From sequence record OM362897.1: a stretch of 64,000 nucleotides of DNA; one strand, given 5' to 3'. Numbering within the stretch: position 1 is the stretch's first letter; the number at the start of each line of letters is the position of its first letter. A model generated the notes under the pieces. The model was not told where the DNA came from. It saw only the letters and a program-made list of their open reading frames with translations, and did not search any database. The position numbers were made by a program, and so were the translations under genes. The stretch comes from Escherichia phage SKA64. Shown in pieces: positions 59,201-64,000 of this stretch.

Positions 59201-59461
59201 CCTTCAAACCCTTAATAAAGTAACGACCAACCGGATTCCCTCGGAAGTATTCGTTAATGAAATCGATAACACACGTTTCACTGCCTGTCACAACGGACGG
59301 TGCGAAGTTTCGGAACTGCACGAGTACACGACTTGCGTTAGCAAGGGTGTGCACACGATCAGTGTTAGCTAAATACAAGGATACAGTTTTCATATTTGAC
59401 ATTTCAATCTCCTCATTGGCTATCTGTTATGCGCGGTATGCAAACCACTATACAGACATTT

Positions 59462-59830
59462 TTATTCAATGCAAGCATTATTTGCATCTTCAATTCTGTC
59501 TTTCACCCATTGAAGACGTAACGTGTTGGTATGACACGCCAAGTTTATACACTCTGAAAGGTAATCCATGCAATCTGCATTGAACGGAAGATTGTAGTCC
59601 AGCCCTGCACATGTAAATTGTTTCCTCATTTCATATTTCAAGCGGTCCAACAAACTATCCCGCCATCTTCTATCTTCTTCTCTAGTTGTCTCACCAACAA
59701 AATCATTTACATAATCTACCAGACAACCACATAAGCCACTCGTTGTGCGATTCATTGCAGGATAGTTGGCAATCCATGCTTTATAGAAGCGAAGCAATGT
59801 TGCACTGCTCAACGGAATACTATTTGTCAT
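59462..59830 (-). CDS. hypothetical protein, paralog family A member
   Basis: FYKAWIANY...SGLCGCL...AGLDYNLPFN...RLQWVKDRI. Confidence 0.4.
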   Translation of the reverse strand: MTNSIPLSSATLLRFYKAWIANYPAMNRTTSGLCGCLVDYVNDFVGETTREEDRRWRDSLLDRLKYEMRKQFTCAGLDYNLPFNADCMDYLSECINLACHTNTLRLQWVKDRIEDANNACIE

Positions 59831-60164
59831 TTTTCTCTCCTTCGTAATCTTGAATTCTATCTAGCACCCATTGTATACGATGTTTGTTTTTATGGCAAAT
59901 ATGTTTTTTATGTTCGAAGGTGTATTCTTCATAACCACCTTCATTAAACGGGAAATTGTAATCCAATCCTGCACCAATAAACTGTGATTTCATCTCCTGT
60001 TGTAGACGAGGTAACAGTTCATCAGGATATGTTCCCTCTACATACTTAATCAAACATATACACAAGCCACTCGTTGTGTGACCTTCTACCTCACCAGCAA
60101 GCCAAGCTTTGTAAAACTTCATTAGACGTAAACTACTCAACGGAACATTTTTACTCTCTTGCAT
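59820..60164 (-). CDS. hypothetical protein, paralog family A member
   Basis: FYKAWLAGE...SGLCICL...AGLDYNFPFN...RIQWVLDRI. Tandem with 59462-59830. Confidence 0.4.
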   Translation of the reverse strand: MQESKNVPLSSLRLMKFYKAWLAGEVEGHTTSGLCICLIKYVEGTYPDELLPRLQQEMKSQFIGAGLDYNFPFNEGGYEEYTFEHKKHICHKNKHRIQWVLDRIQDYEGEKNDK

Positions 60165-61727
60165 GATAATCTCCTCTCATCGTTAGCCATCTTTCATGGC
60201 AATCATCAATCACCAACATCATACGATCAATCTTAGGGAATTACAATCGAATTATCATAGGGGATTCCTATCAATTATCCCATATATACCGATTATTTTT
60301 GACACCCCACTCTTGTATAAAAAGTAACCCAAAATATCTACGGGGAGAGATTATTTCGGGACACCCTGTTTCATGGCAATCATGGCAAGAATATCTAATA
60401 GAATCAATATCATATGGCAAAAATCATGGCGCATACGTAAGAAGTGCTTAACGCGAATTTTCGGGCCGTCAGGTCCACGCAGCGACAATTCCCAAATATC
60501 ATGAGAATGAGAATAATTATCATTCGTATTCAATGACTTATGCAAGGCTTATGCCAACGTAGCGACAAGGTGGGCCACTTGATTATAAATCACACAAACA
60601 CTTATTTATCAATGGTTTGGCAACCTCATCATATGACGGAACAATGTCAACTGATCCCGCTCATGACAAGCAGACTATTATTTATATGAGAATGATTATT
60701 ATTTAAACGTTTATTAGCATAAAAACTAAAATAAATCAAGAATTTTCTGATTTTATTTACGTTTAAGAGAAGATGCTCAACATATCGCTACGCGATAGTA
60801 TTCGCCCCCGAAAGATTAGCCTTTATTTTCTTGTATGTTTATACGCTATGTGCACACTATGCAACCTGTCGCTATTCGCTCATGTTGCTACGTGCTAATA
60901 CTTCACCGTGCTAATGATCTTTGAGCGATAGCGATTATTTCATCTTGTAATTACCACAATGATTATTGTTATTGCGCTAATGTTATGATCTTGGTAATTA
61001 CATATAATGCTAATAATAAGCCAGCGCAATAAGTGTAAGCGTATTACGCTTGCAATTATTGCAAGCTACGCAGTAACAAGAAATAACCATCACCGATGGT
61101 TATGATTGTTGGGGTGTAGTTGGCTTATTATTAGCTCGCTATGTGTCCGGCATAGCGTGCTAATGATGACTCTGTGAATGATTCGTTTTGTAATGATTTC
61201 ATTTAGTCACTATTATGGCAATAGTTATTATTTTAATGGTTTCGTTTGTTATTGTTCGTTAGTTGGTTGTTTTGTCGTGTTATCGTTATCTTGCTTAGTA
61301 TTCATCATGGTTTGATTGTTTGTTGTTATCAATCATCTTGCTATTATTCCTTTGATTATGATTAGTTTGCTTATTGTTTTATGTTGTTTGTTGGTTAGTT
61401 GTTGCGAACTATTATCAACATTATAGTTATGCACTTATATTGCATAGATAAACATGGATAGATGATAATGGTTATCATTGCACTAGAAAGGAGGTAAAAG
61501 GGTGTTTTTGATGGTTTGTTGTTGGTTGTTGATCGATTTTAACCGCTTTAAATGGCTCTCTAACAGCCTGTTACCCTGGGAGGTATGGTTATTCATTTAA
61601 TGGTTGATTAGCTCGATACCGCGATCTATTCAGTTTTGTTCTGTGTCGGTTTTTCATAGGCGGAATCTATCAACATTATTCAGGCAAAAAGAAAGGGCGC
61701 TTAGTGCGCCCCTTGTTTTGTTGTCAA
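60165..61727. repeat. about 1.5-kb non-coding region with short repeats, palindromes and a GT-skewed tract
   Basis: No ORF of 60 aa or more except one doubtful 64-aa ORF. Repeats TTTCATGGCAATCAT (x2), GTGCTAATGAT (x2), GCGATAG-like motifs; palindromes at 61037-61064; GT-rich 61200-61440. Confidence 0.5.
61693..61714 (-). terminator. hairpin terminator candidate downstream of 61728-62147
   Basis: GGGCGC-TTAGT-GCGCCC flanked by A/T runs. Same sequence recurs at 62260-62276. Confidence 0.45.
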
Positions 61728-62147
61728 TTATAACGCTTCATAGATTGAGTAGATCCGGTTCGCCAGGTCATTACGAAAGCGGAATTTTTCATCACGTTTA
61801 ATCATCAGATCCTTAAAACCGCATTCTTTCAAGGCTTCATTAACTTTACTGCGGCATACTTTCATATTGTCCTGCGCGTCACCAATAAACTTATTGCTAT
61901 GATGCATTGCTTTGATCTCTTCCTCTAATACCAGGGCAACTACACGGACCGGATCAAGCTGATATGCGGTAACATCCATGCGGCATTGTAAACGGCTTTT
62001 AACATCGTTTACCGGATATACTGCAACCTCTTCCCCGTCAACGTTCACGATAACCAATTTACCATCGATTTCGAAGCCTTTGGCGGCGCTACCGTGACAA
62101 AAAGCGTTATCGAAGGAGTAAGCTGGATTATTTGATTTAATGTTCAT
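61728..62147 (-). CDS. hypothetical protein (GC-richer module)
   Basis: 139-aa ORF. Visibly higher G+C than the rest of the window. Confidence 0.4.
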   Translation of the reverse strand: MNIKSNNPAYSFDNAFCHGSAAKGFEIDGKLVIVNVDGEEVAVYPVNDVKSRLQCRMDVTAYQLDPVRVVALVLEEEIKAMHHSNKFIGDAQDNMKVCRSKVNEALKECGFKDLMIKRDEKFRFRNDLANRIYSIYEAL

Positions 62148-62257
62148 GATGTTGTCCTTTGTTTCGTTTCGTTGTTTGCTGCCAGTGAGTTAAATATAAT
62201 ATAACGCCGATCCCCTGTCAATAGGGGATAGCGCATTATTTACATTTCTTTACGTTA

Positions 62258-62279
62258 AAGGGCGCTTAGTGCGCCCCTT
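62258..62279 (-). terminator. hairpin terminator candidate downstream of 62288-62655
   Basis: Second copy of GGGCGC-TTAGT-GCGCCC, directly after the gene's stop. Confidence 0.45.
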
Positions 62280-62287
62280 GTATAATC

Positions 62288-62655
62288 TTACTTTGTGCGG
62301 TTGTGAACGTTATCGCGTTCAACCATCAAGGCAAGGCGGATCAGTTGATCAGTTGTATCGCGTAAATTGTCGGGCCATGTTTTACTGTTCCAGCTATCCA
62401 TGTTTGATTGTATATAGGTTTCAATGGCTTGATCCATATTATCAAACAAGTTTTCCTCCAGGCTCTCGGCTGTTTCACACTGGAAAGCATTAGCGACACT
62501 ATTAATCAATAAGCAAGCCAGTAAATCAGCATTACGCCAATTTTTACGGATAGTTTCATCTTCCAGATAAGCTACCAAATTAATATTTGCGCCAGTGGTT
62601 GACGTTGCGATCACTTCTTGCGCTTTTTCAACTGCTTTAATTGCCGATTTGCTCA
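62288..62655 (-). CDS. hypothetical protein (GC-richer module)
   Basis: Start chosen at ATG 62655 (MSKSAIKAV...) with upstream aagaggaaaag RBS-like. The track ORF extends to 62734 through the promoter-like region. Confidence 0.4.
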
Positions 62656-63538
62656 TCTTCTTTTCCTCTTTGTGGGCTTGCTGTATTGCTCGCCCTACGT
62701 GATAAATAATAATAGAAAGGTGATCCGGTGTCAATAGGTAGAATTGTAAAGATTCGATAGTTTATCTCTTTGATGTTTTGTTGTTTGATAGGTGTTAGCT
62801 ATCAATATATAGCGGGGTCGTCCGGTGATTACCTCCCCCGTTGCCAGTGCCGCCCGTTGAATAAGCATAACAAAAAACAGGACAAAAGCAAGCCCTGTTT
62901 TTGTAAAGATTAGATGATTTGCATATCCTCCACGATAATTTCTAATTTCCAAACAAGATGATCTAAGCTCCCTGATAAAAATGATTCCGATACATAACCG
63001 CCATCGGACACCGTAGCAAGGATCTCGCCATTTGCTTGCTCTTTGATTTGAACATCCAGGCGGTTAGCCTTTGCTTTGTTCAGGACGGCGATCAGGCGGT
63101 TAGCTGTAGTCATGGTGTTTTCCTTCCAGTTGTGAGCGGCACCATTGCCGCCCTACGTGATACATCTTACACTATCAGATACATTGTGCAAGCTATTTTA
63201 GATCTCGTCACCTATATAATCAGATCTGTTCTTCTCTGTCATACGTTTAAACAATTCTTGCATATGGCTGATAGCTTGCAATGTGTCTTCTTCCAGGCTT
63301 GAATCGAGATAATCAGGATCATTCTTTACCTTGCTATGGTTGTGATACCGCAACGCTGCTAATACCTTTCTAACTTGTTCTGCATTCATTTTTATTACTC
63401 CTTAAAACCAGGTGCCAACCGTTTCCAATAGGTCACTGACTACCAGAACAACATTGATTAGCACATATTTAATCAGGAAGGGGATAAGCGCCAGCGTCGC
63501 TACTATGATCCCCATTGTGATGATTACCTTTCTCATCG

Positions 63539-63823
63539 TTAGCGGTTTACGTAAGCTTTACCGTTTACGGTCATCGGTATGGCTTCAAGGTCTGGATCTT
63601 CCTTAAGGTCGCGTGCAAGCTCACCGCACCGGACACCCTCGAATCCGTGGTATTCTGTTTCCCCGTCCTTAAAAGTTTTAGCGGCAAGGCATAGGCGATA
63701 ATTAACACCGATCCGGTTTACTGCGTTGATATCGGTTAACGTGATCGATTCCGGCAAATCGTTAGCCATGACAGGCGCGTTAATACCAACAACCAGGGCA
63801 ACTACTGCGATCATCTTTTTCAT
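63539..63823 (-). CDS. hypothetical secreted protein with signal peptide
   Basis: MKKMIAVVALVVGINAPVMA N-terminus, 94 aa. Confidence 0.4.
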   Translation of the reverse strand: MKKMIAVVALVVGINAPVMANDLPESITLTDINAVNRIGVNYRLCLAAKTFKDGETEYHGFEGVRCGELARDLKEDPDLEAIPMTVNGKAYVNR

Positions 63824-64000
63824 GTGTCTATCCTCTTCCTATTGCGTTTAATGGGGCGTTATTGATTGATGTTATGATGAAAGTTATTTTCTTCAACGGC
63901 TTTTAAAATAAAGGCTGTTACCGCTTTCGTGTCTACTTGTTCGAACGTATCAGAATAAGCCCAATAATGATCATCCCCTACTTTCGGCGGGTAAACCTGG

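Noticed and set aside
61200-61440. GT-rich tract as coding sequence on either strand
   Set aside because: No ORF of 60 aa or more spans it in the six-frame track; the composition is more consistent with a structural or regulatory DNA element.

Overview
This window looks like part of a large virulent tailed-phage genome (AT-rich, densely packed ORFs, sigma70-like promoters, many hairpin terminators). All calls rest on manual reading of the sequence and the supplied ORF translations; no searches or folding programs were run. Layout: (1) 1-6479, minus strand: a large terminase carrying an apparent mini-intein in its Walker A loop, an overlapping spanin pair, and a cluster of at least 12 tRNA genes plus 2 non-canonical tRNA-like elements, driven by three promoters that share the motif AACTATTGACAA. 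(2) 6480-6960: AT-rich divergent intergenic region with GTAC-rich repeats. (3) 6961-43584, plus strand: a long block with an RNA-repair-like cassette (metallophosphoesterase, Rnl1-like RNA ligase, P-loop kinase), ATP-dependent DNA ligase, T4 RNase H-like nuclease, DEDD exonuclease, HNH and AP2-type endonuclease-like genes, ThyX, NrdA/NrdB, glutaredoxin, a complete dTDP-L-rhamnose pathway (rfbB-A-C-D), T4-type lysozyme, PhoH, an HslV-like peptidase, two small DNA methyltransferase-like genes, a Ser/Thr phosphatase, a DprA/SLOG-like protein and a Sir2-like protein. (4) 43588-43619: terminator at the convergence point. (5) 43654-60164, minus strand: many small genes, including a six-member paralogous family, a duplicated gene cassette and a small serine recombinase. 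(6) 60165-61727: about 1.5 kb of non-coding DNA with short repeats, two 15-bp palindromes and a GT-skewed tract. (7) 61728-64000: a visibly GC-richer minus-strand module with a repeated hairpin and a repeated leader motif. Further ORFs under about 90 aa exist in the track and are not all listed. No CRISPR array or rRNA was seen.
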